A DNA stretch of 63,657 nt, counting the filler, from Collodictyon triciliatum (lineage: Eukaryota): assembly GCA_043381765.1 (NCBI GenBank). It is 6 parts of 6 records of this genome, joined end to end, with 100 filler letters (N's around TTAATTAATTAA, not from the genome) between each part and the next. Parts side by side here need not be neighbours in the genome. Positions count along the whole stretch, not along the records: positions 45,527 to 60,577 come from JBHJMP010001729.1; positions 60,678 to 62,011 come from JBHJMP010001914.1; positions 62,112 to 63,657 come from JBHJMP010001916.1; 3 more parts are not named here. One strand, 5' to 3'. Below are positions 49,963-63,374 of the stretch, piece after piece (position 1 is the first letter of the stretch; every line of letters begins with the position of its first letter). A program made the position numbers and the translations under genes. The notes under the pieces are model-generated. The model worked only from the letters and a program-made list of their open reading frames with translations, did no database searches and was not told the origin of the DNA.

Positions 49963-51238
49963 ACATTCGCAAAAGTTGTAGAAGGGAATAACATGAATAG
50001 TACTCTGCTCGTCGATACGACAAGTCCAGATGGGGACTGGATAGGAGAATCGAAGGGGTACAAGCAACGACCTGCATATAGCTTCACTTTATCAGCCACA
50101 CAAGCCGCTGGAATAAACAAATGAGTTAAAATCTCATTATAGCGCCGAACAGCAGACCCTATGCCCTTGGATATAAAAGTCAGAGTACTGGTTACAACGC
50201 GCTGTGTGGTATCAATTTAATAGTATTTGCAGTAGTATATATTTACACAAATATTACATATAATAATGAAGATATATACTTAATTTTTATCCATACAATA
50301 TTCATAATCAATATATTCCACAAATAATTATTTCCGTGGCGTCATATGTTCGAGAAGGTTCGCCAGCTTCTATTTATAGCCCTGTATCAATCATTTCTCA
50401 CCAAAAACATATTCCACATTAATCGACACGGCCAAAGCGAAAATTTCTTTATAATTCAATGAAATTTACTGTTAAAGACCTTTTATACCAAATTTAAGTA
50501 AAAAATATTTAAAAAAGATATTGCTTTGTACTATCCTCAATTTGGTCATATGAACTAAGAACCAATATGATGAAACGAAAAGACACAGGGATTTAGTAAA
50601 TTCCCATAATGAATTCAAGAGTATATGTATGAAAAGAAAAAAGCCATCAAGTAGGGAAAAAAAGTGATTGGTAGAATATTAATGAGAGTCCGCGAATCAG
50701 AAAGGGACGAATATCAAACTGCATCAATGCCACAAAGAATCACCCGCCTGTCAAACAAAGCAAAGCAATTATTCCATCCAACCCAACCAAAGAACAAAGG
50801 CGTGACCGAATTGTGCGTGTCCCTTGGCATTGACCCACTCTTTCCCAAGCCCGCGGTATTTGAGACAGCCCATCCGCACTTGATTCTGGCCAGGGTATAT
50901 AAAGGCCTTGCAGAAACCCACAGGAGAATATCTGTCTTCCTCCGATCAGAAGCAAAGCGCTATTGACACGAGGCAGCCCCCGGCGGATCATCTACACAGC
51001 AAGACGTGGCAAATCGCCCGCTCACCGGCAGACCATACCACCACCCTGCTTTCGCCGAAAATTCGCTGTCTCACGGGGCATTGCGGAATAGTCTCCCACC
51101 CTATCGCGACTTGTCTCCGCCGCTCGCATACTTAAGCGCAATCCACGCCCACACCCCAACCTTTCAGACCGCAAACCGAGCCTCCTCTTGGAAAGCCTCT
51201 CACCTGCCCAACCTCTCCCCAGTCGTAGCCGAGCCGCC

Positions 51239-51693
51239 ATGTCCGAATCCGAAGCCGCCCCTGCCCCTGCCCCTGCCGTCGTCGAGGACCACATCTCCGT
51301 CGAGGCCGCCAAGAAGTGTAAGCCTTCCTCTCCCAACAGAAAGCAGCCTCGTCTAACCTTGAGGAAGAGGCCTATCCATTTGTCCCGCTTCCTGAGCTAG
51401 CGACTTTTGAGTGAATGAAAGCATTTCTCGAGAAATCGCTTAGTTGCAGAACCAGAGACTGAGGGGGAACCTAACCCTTCCTTATACACACAGCGCTCGA
51501 TGTCAAGCTCGGCCACCGCCCGGACCGCAAGGATCTCGTCGACCACCACATCCTCCACGACTCTCACCTTGCCCCTGCCCTCCAGGCCAAGGCTGAGGAG
51601 CTCGCCAAGCAGCAGACTGCCGATGCCCTTGCCAAGGCTCTTGAGCACCGCCCCTCTGAGGACCAACTCCGCGAGAAGAAGATCCTCGAATAA
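51239..51693 (+). CDS. Small RPEL-repeat (G-actin-binding motif) protein, 92 aa, 2 exons
   Basis: Exons 51239-51317 and 51494-51693 give ..SLDVKLGHRPDRKDLVDHHIL..ALAKALEHRPSEDQLREKKILE*, two RPEL-like motifs. Strong C/G third-position bias. Confidence 0.88.
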
Positions 51694-52080
51694 ACGCGGA
51701 GCCGGTTTGCAGCACATCCCCTGGAAAAAAAAAATGAAGAAACCCGCTGTTTTTCTTTCATCCCTTTCCTGCCCTGCCCAAAAACAAAAACTGCCTGTCA
51801 GCGTAACATTGTCCCGATCGTGCTTCTCCTAGAGGCCGGCCGAACATGTCCCTCTCTCTCCTTTCACCCAAGTCCCTCTCCGTCTACCTGCTGGTTTGAT
51901 TAAAAAAATAAAAAGAAAAAGAGGAAAGAAAGATGTCTGATAACGAAGCGAATCCCTTAAGCAAAACACTGATTCATTTTTTGGGTCGCTGCCTCTGCCA
52001 ACGCGGCCGTCTAGTCTCTAAGAGCTCAACCCGCTTGCACCTGCGGCCTTGTAGCGAGGCGGCTCTGCTCTACAAGTCTG

Positions 52081-52450
52081 ATGCACGGCCAGCGATCGCT
52101 CTCGGCCTCCAGTAGTCTTGGGCAGAGAGAGTCTTCGCGCCCGAGCAGCTCCGGCCTTGGCAGAAACCCTGCGTCTTTTGGGGGTTCGACTATGCGTGGG
52201 TTTAGTCGCAGTGCTGCGGCCTCGCAGATTCATGCTTCGTCGTCGGCTTCGTCTGGTTCGCTAGGAAGCACATTATCACGCGGGCTGATCTCTGTGCACT
52301 CGGGCGACTTGTACAGGCAAATGATGAATCCTTCGCCGCAGAAGCAGGCGGATCTCTTACCAGTTTGGTTTTTTTTTTGTTTCTTGCTTTTGTTTATTTT
52401 TGTTTTTGTTTTCTTGTTTAATTTTGTTTATTTTTGTTTGTTTTTTGCCT

Positions 52451-52513
<63 letters not shown>

Positions 52514-55500
52514 TTTCTCTATCCACGGTCTACTTCAGGACTTCGTTACCAAAGAGAATGACACGACAGAGGGTGAACTTGATTTCTTCTGCTTTTTCTT
52601 TTCAAAACAAAGAAGTATCAATTTTGTGCTATGAAATTCTCAATCGATTGTTATAATTCTTGTTTTAGTGAAAGGGACATTAAAGTAGATTACACAATAC
52701 TTATAGATACATCGCCTCTGACTGAAGCAGAAGGAGTGTTTTGGTTTCAGCCGACAGTAACAGGAATCCCACCGACTGCTCGCGCTTTTCACGCCAGCGC
52801 CAGAATCGGGAGCAAACTATTCTTCTTTGGGGGATTAACAAGCAATGGCCCCACCTGTGACCTTTTTGTTTTAGATACGAGTACGTTGCGATTTATAATT
52901 CATTTAGTCGGTCATTATGAACTCTCGTATTAGTCTCATGAATAGTTTTTCATAGAATACGTATTTTTTTTGTCTCTAAAAAAGGCTTTTTTCTGGATTC
53001 AGTCTCTATGTCATGGAGTCAGCCGACATCACTGGGTTCTTCACCATCGCCGAGGTATAAACACACAATGACATCATTTGATAGGAAAGTAATTGTAATC
53101 GGCGGAGAAGATGGAAGGAGGCGCTTGGAAGATGTATATGTTCTTGATACGGGTACGAATTTGCGATGAAATATTGACATTGTGCTCCCCTACTTTTTTG
53201 AGGGATGGTCCTATCATCGTTATAATTGGCTGCTATTTTATCTAAATTCCTTATTGATGTCTTTTTCCAAAAAAAAATTCTATATCAGATGCGTATGTCT
53301 TCAAATTGAAAGAAAGGATATAATCATAATCATAATCATAATCATAATCATAATCATAATCATAATCATAAAAATCAAGATTAACAATATCAACATCAAT
53401 AACAACACCAACATAATAGTAATAATCATAATAATAACAATAGTATAAAGATAAAAAGATACATAGTTGAATATGCTGAAGAGATTTCGCGTGCTTGTAT
53501 AATATTTATACATTTTCCCCATCTAGAATGCTCTCCGATGACATGGGCACGATATGCAAGTAACGCTCCCACAGACATGAGTGGCCATAGCGCAGTATTA
53601 TCAGGAAGTAATATAATCGTTCTAACAAAAAAGCGCGGAATGTCGAATTGTTGTGAGACTTATTTTTTTAACATCGGTAAGTTGACGTCAGGAATAAAAG
53701 AAATAAAGAAAAAAAGACAGGAAAATACGGAAACCTAAAATTCCCAATAAGACATCGCCTATAAACATGCTTTCTCTTATGTATAAAATCTCCTTGTGTG
53801 TATGATATGGTTCGATCGATGCTTAAATACGATAAAATAAAAATATGGAGCATTCGTTCTTCTTGCGTTTGACCATCAGTCTCTCGCTCGTGCCTTTGCA
53901 GGAAAAGGAACATGGTCCGCAAATCCAGCATTACTCGGTACTATTCCCCTTGCCCGTCGGGGTCATTCTGCGGCCATCGCAGGGAAACGTATGCTTGTCT
54001 TTGGTGGCAGAAGAGATATGCACGATGTCGACGTGGTCTGTTTCCATACAGGTATCCATTTTTCTCATTCACAGACATATATTCGTAATACGGCATGCAT
54101 GCACAGAAGCTTATCAATATTCAATTTTCTGCTAATCTCATAATTCCAGAGGAGATGAGGTGGTCAACATACACATATCGCAAAGGCGCAGTTCCCATGT
54201 CAAAGACGAACCACACATGCACTGTAGTTGATAATCATTTAGTTGTGATTGGAGGACAATCCTGCGGAGTTACAGATATGAAATCAACTACATCACCATC
54301 ATTTACAGACACGTTTGTCCTCAACACAAGTAATCACGCTCAATTCTTTATACATATTCGTATATTTTGGATTTCAAATGCTTTTTTTATTCCCCTTTAA
54401 TCGATTCAAAGTGGATTGGAAATACTTGGCGGAACACATTTCTCTATTTAGGAGAATGGTAGAAAGGGAGATAAGGATACTCTAGCTACCAGTTTAATAT
54501 CTACATTTTCACTTTCTCTTATTAAAAAGAAACGATGATATGGCACCAGCCGATTGTGTTAAGGAACTCACCACCAGCGTTACACGGCCACACAGCAAAT
54601 AGAATGGGCTCATATATATTCGTTTTTGGTGGTTTGTTTTTTTTTATATCCATCATATTCTTGAATAGTATTAGTTTTTCCCTTCACTTGTTGAAATCAA
54701 CATCCCGTATGCATAATTTGTGACTAGGTGTTGTCACAAATGGCCAATCACACCAATACACCGGCTCTATTTATATCCTCCAACTAGGTTTTTTTTTCAA
54801 CACACGACATTATCCGGCTCCCTATTTTATAATAAAATATTACCCATGATTGCTTTAATACAGTTTAGTGGTTGCTAATGCTTGCTTTCGCCTTACTAAA
54901 CGAAGTCCTAATAATCATATATTGTTGCATATTCCTACGGCGTTTATTTTATGTTATTTTTCCTTATATTATCAAATCCTTTTTGTTTTGTTTTGTTTTG
55001 TTTTGTTTTGTTTTGTCTGTTTGTTTGTTTGTTTGTTTGTTTGTTTGTTTGTTTGTTTGTTTGTTTGTTTGTTTGTTTGTTTGTTTAATTAAATGACCTT
55101 TCTTGGATGTACAGACGGAATCACCTCAGCAAAGACATCCTGGCCCGGCTTACGCACAGCAGAGAGAAAGCCCGATGTTTATCGCAGTATGGATGAGATG
55201 AAGAGCACACTATCATCCGATGACCCTCGATTAGCGGTTCGCTTACTGATTTTCCATTCCTTTCGCAACTGCGTGATACAGCGACAACTCTAAAAATAAC
55301 AATAATTAAAAATTTTATGCCAGTATTGCATATCTCGTCAAATTATTGATGTATATAAAAAAATACGCGTGTTTAGGAGGACCGCCCCAAAAAAGACAGC
55401 AGAAGGGTAAGAAAATATTCAATTATTTGCTTTTTGCATTTCAGTTGTTTTTTTTGTGCTCCTTTGTTAAGTTAATATTTAGTTACAGCCACACTTAGCT

Positions 55501-55840
55501 GGTAGAGCAATGTAATACTCACTCTCATTTCACTTTGGTCGAATGCGCAAACATGTCATTAAGGGGGTTTCTTATTAAAAACGCATTATTTTTTGCATAA
55601 AAAAAAGCAGGTGCCCAGTTCCTAACATGCCTGATGATGAATCCTGTTTCAATTTAATTCTAGAGCGGTGCACTTTCTGTTAAAAATAAAACCTCGCACC
55701 GAAACCAAAGCGCGTAGTATTTTAACTTTGTATCAAAAATAAGGAGTCTATCTGAAGCAACGATTCCAAATTATTTCTTCCCAGTTGCCTCCTTTTTAAA
55801 TGGGATGAAAGGCACTACGTATGTAGAAAAATGGAGTTAA
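52081..55840 (+). CDS. Kelch-repeat protein (multi-exon)
   Basis: WFQPTVTGIPPTARAFHASARIGSKLFFFGG, PSPRYKHTMT..VIGG, PLPRRGHSAAIAGKRMLVFGG, HTCTVVDNHLVVIGG, LHGHTANRMGSYIFVFG. The 3' end is approximate. Confidence 0.85.
54384..54411 (-). mobile_element. Ultra-short insertion, copy 6 (intronic)
   Basis: TTTTTATTCCCCTTTAATCGATTCAAAG between TGGATTTCAAATGCTT (54368-54383) and TGGATTGGAAATACTT (54412-54427). Confidence 0.8.
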
Positions 55841-55914
55841 TAGGAGAAAAGAAAAAACAAACAATTTAAATGACTATAAGGTGGCTAAATTCGACTTTAG
55901 GCGCAAGAAGAACA

Positions 55915-55988
55915 GCCCTTGTGGCCTAATTGGATAAGGCGTCGGACTTCTAATCCGGCGATTGCGGGTTCGAGTCCCGTCAGGGGTG
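55915..55988 (+). tRNA. tRNA-Arg (anticodon TCT), intronless
   Basis: Acceptor stem GCCCTTG/CAGGGGT, D-arm TGGCCTAATTGGATAAGGC, anticodon arm TCGGA-CTTCTAA-TCCGG, T-arm GCGGGTTCGAGTCCCGT. Confidence 0.96.
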
Positions 55989-56042
55989 GGTTGACTTCAT
56001 TTTTGTTACCATAGTTCTATCTGCTTCGCCGCGCATGGACAT

Positions 56043-56068
56043 TTTTTTCCCTTTATTCGATTCAACAT
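56043..56068 (-). mobile_element. Ultra-short insertion, copy 7, ~55 bp downstream of the tRNA
   Basis: TTTTTTCCCTTTATTCGATTCAACAT between CGCGCATGGACAT (56030-56042) and CGCGCATAAACAT (56069-56081). Confidence 0.8.
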
Positions 56069-57417
56069 CGCGCATAAACATATCTTTTATTCCTATTTTC
56101 TCAGTCACTCAGTCACTCACCCTCTTTTTTTATGTCGGGGGAGCAGGAAGGCCGCGAGTTATTTTTCACGGACCAGTCCTTGCAAATTCAGCCATTCAGC
56201 AGCCTTCGCGTATGGATGAAGAATAAATTATAGCACATCATGTATTAATAATCGGGGCTGTCGATAAAAAGCAAGAGCAAACGCAAAGAAGGTAACAAGA
56301 AAATCGCTTCGCCTGCCAGAATATTCTTTGAGAAAGCTTCATCGGCTGGCTTGTTTGGATGATGAGCCATTATAGAGGCTTACTGCTTCTCTGATAATTC
56401 CAACTTGTGTGGTTACAACCATACCCTGTTGGTATTGGTCTTCCTTTTATTCTCTCTGCCTAATCCTCTTATTATTACCATAATCTATCTATTCATCTAT
56501 TCATATATTCATATATTTGTATGATATTGCATGCGGCCTCGTGTTATATCAAGGAGTCAGAAAGCCTACCAGGCGACAAACAGAAAGAAGAGAGAAGAGA
56601 ACATTCCACCTTTTGTTCATAATCCTTTTTGAGGGGAATCCAAGTTCATAGGGATGTTTTCTTTTTATTTTCTCAACTCATGCATCGTAAAACCTAAAGG
56701 TGTGATGAGGCTTCTCAAACTGTTTTCACTTGTATCGCATGGTTCCCTTCCCAGCGTTTTTCCTTTTCCTTTCTCTTAATTTTTTTTTAATCCCTTCCAA
56801 TTGCAGCTCAAAGAAAAAGGGCCCAGAACAAGACATTCCCCCACCCAGGCAACCACAGCAACGGAACCGGCTTAGTGTTGGTCTCATCCTCGCTATACCT
56901 CGCGCCGGCCGCTTGACAGGTGGACGAAGCGTTCAGATCAGTCCATTTTTGTACCCAACAATAATTTCTTCTCGTATTTCCTTGTAAAACAGCCAAACCG
57001 ACACACAAACCTGGATAAGAAACGGAAAGGAAAAAAAACAAGACATGTTGACAGCCCGAGCAAATGGGAGAGAGAAAGAGAGAGGGAGAGAGAGGGAAAA
57101 AAACAGGCAAAATCGCATGTGGGGTTGTATTTCATTTTCCCCATAATCTGATCTGCTGCGGATGGGTAATGATGACAGGCCCGAGCCATACCCATTCCCA
57201 CACAGGTTCCCGTTGCTACGGCTTGCTTGTTGTTGCAACGGACTCGAAACACGCAATGACTAACTAAACAAAAACAAAAAACAAAAAACAAAAAACAAAA
57301 AACAAAAAACAAAAAACAAAAAACAAAAAACAAAAAACAAAAAACAAAAAACAAAAAACAAAAAACACTGGTTAGCTCATCTGGTTTATTATCAAAGATC
57401 TCCGGCAAGTTGCGCTC

Positions 57418-57810
57418 ATGTTGAGCGATAAATTCAGCCAGGAAGAGATCGACACACTGCTTGATCTAACGTATGCGTCAGCCACTCTGTCCAGTGCTGG
57501 TTGCCTTTTCATCGTGGTGTCTTACTGTCTTTTCAAGGACCTGCGCAATCTTTCGTTCACGCTGGTGTTTTGGCTCTCTGTCTCTGACTTGTTTTCTAGT
57601 CTGACATTCTTCTTGTCAGCCTTTATTGATTTTAGTGCGGATACTCTTCCAGAATCCGACAAGGTTATATGTGAAGTGCAAGGTGATTCTCATGTCTTAT
57701 GACCCTCCTCACTCTCTATTATTCTTTCCATCAACTGACTTCCTGCTTTGTTGATATAATTAGTTGAACAATATTTTTCTTCAAAAAAGTGTCTATTTTT
57801 AGTTAGGATC

Positions 57811-57872
<62 letters not shown>

Positions 57873-58352
57873 GTGTACACATCTTTGGTGTACTGATTTC
57901 CTCAATAGAATCACACGTTATATATACTAACATTCTTTCTTATATAGGAGTTATCATACAATACTTCAGTTTGACCACATTCTTATGGACGTTTGTGATA
58001 TCTTTCTCCATTTTCAGGATAGTCTTCTCGCACGGGGATTATCAGGTTACAATTTTGATAGAAAACAATAATTCTATTTTACAGCCTGACCAAATTTTTT
58101 TCTTGATCTGACCAGTTTTCAGAGAACCTGGCTGCGTGCCATATCATTTGTTGGGGCGTGCCAGCGATATGCTCTATGGTTTTGCTGATTGAAGATAAAA
58201 TTGGTCCGGCTGGGATTTGGTAGAAGTCACATATATACATCTCGCTTTTCTTTTCTTTATCTGATATTAAGCTATTCTCATTCTATTGAATAGTTCATTA
58301 TCATGAACTCATCTTCAATTTTTTAGTCGCTGATTCATACCCATGAATCAGC

Positions 58353-58449
<97 letters not shown>

Positions 58450-59413
58450 ATACGAAAATGTTAAACCTGGATGTTAAGATACTTTTTTTTTCTCAAAATC
58501 TATTCGTAGTTTGTCTCATCCTAATCATGAACCATGATGTAAAGGTGCTGGATAGAGAGCCCTAAAGATCCTCTTCGATTCTTTTTCTTTTATGGCCCAG
58601 CAACAACTATAATCATCACTAGTGCGCTATTATATGTGGTGGTCAGAAGAGTTTTCACTCAATTCTCATCTGACGTAATTTTTTCCACACCATTTGTTTT
58701 ATTACAATCCATAATCTATTTATCATGATAAAACAAAATTACGTAGAACCTTTGCTTGTGTGAACCAATGTCATTCTAACCCCCCGATTAATCACGCTAG
58801 TTAAATCCTGTGGTAAATAGTTCTTCTGGGCGAGCCAAAATAGATCTGTTAAGGAAGAATATTTCCAAAAGGCTCTTTTATGTCATTCTTTCGTTTGCTT
58901 GCTGCTGGATTTGGGGAATAGCAAATAGGCTGCAGAATAGTCTAGACCCAGACAACCCCCAGGCAAGGCTTTTATTTAAATGATAGTTTCTTCTTTGCCC
59001 AAATCAAAATTGATCTCCTATGATGATAAATAACGGTAATTAATAAAAAAAATGATGGCTTTACACTATATTTAGTATAACAAAAAAAAATCATCACAAG
59101 ACTCCCTCACAACTTGCCTCGATATATTATTGATACCCTGTGCTTTTTTTTTTTTTTAACATTTCGTCCAATGTGAGATCAATATGATACGCTGATGTTG
59201 TCCAACCCTGTTACCTGTTTAGTTTTGGTTATACTGCATGCATTCGTTCTGCACCCCTCTTTTTGGGTTCTGCAACAGTGTTGTTTATGGATTCAGCAAG
59301 AAGCTTCGAAATGAATATATGTATATTTGATTATTTTTTTTCCAAATTATACTCCATAATAGTTCACAATACTGATAACAAATTATTTGTGACGAGGTGC
59401 ACCCATACCTGAA
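57418..59413 (+). CDS. cAMP-receptor-like (Dictyostelium CAR/Crl, GCR1-type) 7TM GPCR, multi-exon
   Basis: LSSAGCLFIVVSY..LVFWLSVSDL..ICEVQG|VIIQYF..FLWT..HIICWGVP..GPAGIW|CWI..CWIWGIANRLQN..FWLYCMHSFCTPLFGFCNSVVYG. The 3' end is approximate. Confidence 0.88.
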
Positions 59414-59786
59414 CTTTTTCTTGACCGGTAATTATAGGAATAATCTATCATCGATTCGGCCAGACAATCCCTACTTCCGGATGAACGATTAGCTACAAAC
59501 CTCCACTCGAAGATGATTCTATCATAGATTTCCCTATAATTTACTGAGATTAAGTCTACATATAAAGCCCAATAGTTTAATATAAAAAAAATGAAGGTTG
59601 GCTCCATCGATGTCTAAGTTATACCTCATACCTTGATTTTGATAATACCTTTTCTTAGCGCGAAGTATCACAGCTGCTTGTATCACTTTTGACTTAATGC
59701 AGAAGTATGTGCTTGCGCTCAAATAGTATTGAACCAATTCTCCTCTCTGAAGGCGTGCAAATTAATGTCCTTTGGTCTTTGAAAAA

Positions 59787-59810
59787 TTTTTTCCTTAATT
59801 CGATTCAAAG
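59787..59810 (-). mobile_element. Ultra-short insertion core, copy 8 (no clear TSD)
   Basis: TTTTTTCCTTAATTCGATTCAAAG. Confidence 0.6.
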
Positions 59811-60340
59811 TAAGCTGTCATGTTCTATTGACCCATACTACTTCTTTTACAATAAGCAAAGAAAAAAACGGCCCGTGGAGAAGAGCTCCACATCCTTAGC
59901 CTTCCCATACCCTGGTAAAAATCACCCGATGTATATAAATGAAACAAAAAAAACCACCACCAGAACTGCTGATCATAAGATAGGGAATAAAAGAACAAGC
60001 TTCCGGTGCTCGAACGAGACCCCACGGAAGGTTACAACAAAACCCTACTATATTACGAGGAAAGGAAGAAGATATAGCTTCTCAATCCAAAGCTTTTTTT
60101 TTTTTTTTGCATACGGTAAGACAACTCCACTACAATCATTTCTCGAAAGATTCAACCCAGAAAAACGCCGAATCAATCGATCTTCTCGAGGGAACACACG
60201 AATCCGACTTAAAAATGGAAGAAAAAAAAAAAGAGAAAGCATCTCTGGCATTCAGCAATAATAAGACTTCTCAGTCGTCCCCTGCCGCGTATATTTGCTA
60301 TGTTCACGCACTCTGAAACTAGAAATGATAATAATAATAA

Positions 60341-60363
60341 TTTTTCCTTTATTCGATTCAAGG
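60341..60363 (-). mobile_element. Ultra-short insertion, copy 9, within an AAT tract
   Basis: TTTTTCCTTTATTCGATTCAAGG with AATAAT-type repeats on both sides; the TSD is ambiguous because of low complexity. Confidence 0.7.
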
Positions 60364-60799
60364 AATAATAATAATAAAAATAATAATAAAAGTAATAAAA
60401 ATAAAAATAAAAATAACAAAATAGGGTGGAACTCTTACTGACTGATTGTTGCACACCGACAACTTCGCCGATTCACTTTGCCCTTTGCAGGCGTTGTTGG
60501 GCGCTGTATTGTTATTAAAGAGAACAATTTCAGGGGAATGGAACTAACTGGTATAGATATTCAGTGAATAAACCCGGNNNNNNNNNNNNNNNNNNNNNNN
60601 NNNNNNNNNNNNNNNNNNNNNTTAATTAATTAANNNNNNNNNNNNNNNNNNNNNNNNNNNNNNNNNNNNNNNNNNNNAAAATTCATTAGAGTTTGGATTT
60701 TTTTTTTTTTTTTTTGCTTCCTTTAAGTCTTTCAAATATTTCTTGAGTAATCAAAATATAAAAATCCTATTAATGTACAATATTACGTTGGGTTCACAT

Positions 60800-61920
60800 C
60801 TATCTTGACAGTATCCTCCGTGCATATCTCTTGCAGCTTTTCGATGCTTGTAGTCATTGTTGCAGAGAACAAAAGAGTCTGCCTTTTTTCCGGAAGCATA
60901 TCAAAGATTTGAGCCAACGACTCTTGGAACTTCCTATCAAGCAACCTGTCTGCTTCGTCCAATACCTTAAATGAGAGGACGTTAATCTTATAAAACTCGA
61001 TTTTCTCTCTGTCTGCACGTTCTCTTTTATCTTTGATATTTTCTTAGGTGACACAACGGTAGAAAATTATGATCGAGTGACAAGTTGCATTAAGTAAAGC
61101 ATACGAGAAATTTGATCCTTTTAAAATTGGCTTCATCTTCCCGGCTCATTATATCGATCAATCTACCAGGAGTCGCGATGACCTAATCCATGAAAGGTTG
61201 ATAGATTTAATGACAAAATAATAATCGGCTACATTTGATGAGTTTTAACCATCGCCTTTTCATTTTTGTTAAGATTGGATAAAATGTAATTTTTGTACAT
61301 CGATATCGAATAATGTTATCATGTAGTCGTCTTCTGCTTTATTTTTTTTTAATCTCATATACCACATGTGGCTTCTTTCTTATTTCGATAGATTGTTTGA
61401 TGGAATCAAGCCCGCCAATAATCACAGCCACACGAAGCCCCATGCTTTTTCCAAAGACGTTAAATTGGTCTGCGATCTGAACAGCAAGTTCCCTACAAAC
61501 CAGAGACATGTTCAAATATTAATAAATCTCAAAGACATGTAACCAGACGAATCACTTCTTGTTGAAAAGGATCGGCTTCAATTAAAGTACAGTCATCAGT
61601 AACTGCAAATAAGTCTAATGAAATATATGTTTTTGTTGTTTTTATATATAAAGACAAAACCTTGTAGGTGTCAGGACAAGACAGTAAATTCCATACGGAT
61701 CTTCAGCGAGTGTTTGTAAGATAGGAACAGCAAAAGCTGCAGTTTTCCCGCTTCCTATTGATATTCAATATAAAATTAGGGTGAGATGTTAATGTATTCT
61801 ATCGAAATAGAATAGTAAAATAGGAACGTATAAAAGATAACGAAAAGAACTTAACATATGGGAAAAAGAGAAGAGAATACAATCACCTGTTTGCGCACTC
61901 CCAATAACATTACGGCCTAA
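60800..61920 (-). CDS. DDX49: DEAD-box RNA helicase DDX49/Dbp8, internal exons between two gaps
   Basis: [75 protein letters not shown]. The LAEDPYGI segment is typical of Dbp8/DDX49. Confidence 0.85.
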
Positions 61921-62120
61921 TGAAGTTAAATGAGTCCAAAGACGAGCAATGTCCTCAATAATGTGTTCCTTTTTCTCCACAAGCATATGAAGAAAACAAG
62001 AACAAAAACAANNNNNNNNNNNNNNNNNNNNNNNNNNNNNNNNNNNNNNNNNNNNTTAATTAATTAANNNNNNNNNNNNNNNNNNNNNNNNNNNNNNNNN
62101 NNNNNNNNNNNTTTTTTTCT

Positions 62121-62153
<33 letters not shown>

Positions 62154-62269
62154 CCCCTTCCCCCCCCCCCCCCTTTTTTTTTTTTTTTTTTAAAGAATGA
62201 AAAGTGACATACTAGAAGATATCATATGACGGGCACTATTTCTCTTTTGTTTCTGAAAAGGTCTCTTAA

Positions 62270-63289
62270 ACAGGACATGAAAAACCTGTTCATGTGTTGC
62301 GGGTTGAGAAAGAATTCACAGTACTACTGGGGTTGGGCTTTATACCATCTATTCTGACCTTTGATATGTTTGAGTCCTTTTACGGGTTTATCGTTCCCAT
62401 CACCGGGAGAGCCGGACCTATCCCTGCTGATATTGTGGTTTCTGGGGTATTTGGATTCATGACAGCTTTAAATATCCTCCCTTTTGCACCTTTCCTGCAT
62501 CGCGTCCTGGTTTTTACACAAGCACACAACGCCCGGAAGACATTGAAGAAGACCATACTCGTCCTTGTCTCTGTAGTGGCTATCCTATCCGTCACATTGA
62601 CCTTGCGCGAGCCTTTCAACGCTACGCATCCAAAGCGATTGTTGGTGCAAGAGACTCTGCACCTACCACCAAATGCCACCAGCACACAGGACTCTACACA
62701 CTCCCATCTATACACCATCGGAGTTGACGCGCTGCCACCACCCTTGATAAATCTCGACAGGACGCTCTTTGGGACAGTCAAAGCATTCAGCCACGAAGAA
62801 ACCCCCAAAGAAGAGCTGCAGGCAGTGTATCCTTTGGCCCTGGAGATTGTGTCGTCCGGATGGAAAGCAGACAGCAAAGCATCTCTGTTGAAGCGCACGC
62901 GGGTTGTCAAGCTTGGAGAAGGGCCTGGTTCTCGCCCGGAACTGCGCCGGGTTTTCCTTTCCCTGGAGACGCTTGACGAACCCGGGCTGTGCACATCCCG
63001 CTATCACACGCTCAATGTCACATCGCCGCTCGTGTGGTGGAGCCTAACTCAGGAACCCCCACGAACCCCCAGTGAAGACATGTCGGATATATACTTTATC
63101 CGCAGGGTGGCTGGGACAGATGACGACTGGGAGTTCCAGGTGGAGTTGGGGAAGGACACACCTCTTCGAATCTGCTTCACAGCAACCTATTTTTGCCAGA
63201 CACCCCCGGTGAAGGCGGCTTCGGATGAGTTTCCGGACTGGGTCACGCTGACGACGTGGACGAGCGTGATGGAAAACTTTGAGCTCTGA
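62270..63289 (+). CDS. C-terminal exon of a membrane M28 metallopeptidase (ERMP1-like)
   Basis: TM helices with FIVPITGRAGPIPADIVV and PFNATHPKRLLVQ motifs, then a soluble domain ending FPDWVT. The catalytic domain is not visible. Confidence 0.7.
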   Translation, partial: TGHEKPVHVLRVEKEFTVLLGLGFIPSILTFDMFESFYGFIVPITGRAGPIPADIVVSGVFGFMTALNILPFAPFLHRVLVFTQAHNARKTLKKTILVLVSVVAILSVTLTLREPFNATHPKRLLVQETLHLPPNATSTQDSTHSHLYTIGVDALPPPLINLDRTLFGTVKAFSHEETPKEELQAVYPLALEIVSSGWKADSKASLLKRTRVVKLGEGPGSRPELRRVFLSLETLDEPGLCTSRYHTLNVTSPLVWWSLTQEPPRTPSEDMSDIYFIRRVAGTDDDWEFQVELGKDTPLRICFTATYFCQTPPVKAASDEFPDWVTLTTWTSVMENFEL

Positions 63290-63374
63290 TTTTGCAGAGT
63301 CGCCCGCCCTGCACCTACCCTGAACATGGATGCTCTTCATCTGTTCTTCAAGAAAAGGATATAAAGCGTGTAAA

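Noticed and set aside
62380-62994. 204-aa antisense ORF over the M28 peptidase exon
   Set aside because: Shadow ORF of a GC-rich coding exon; no independent motif.
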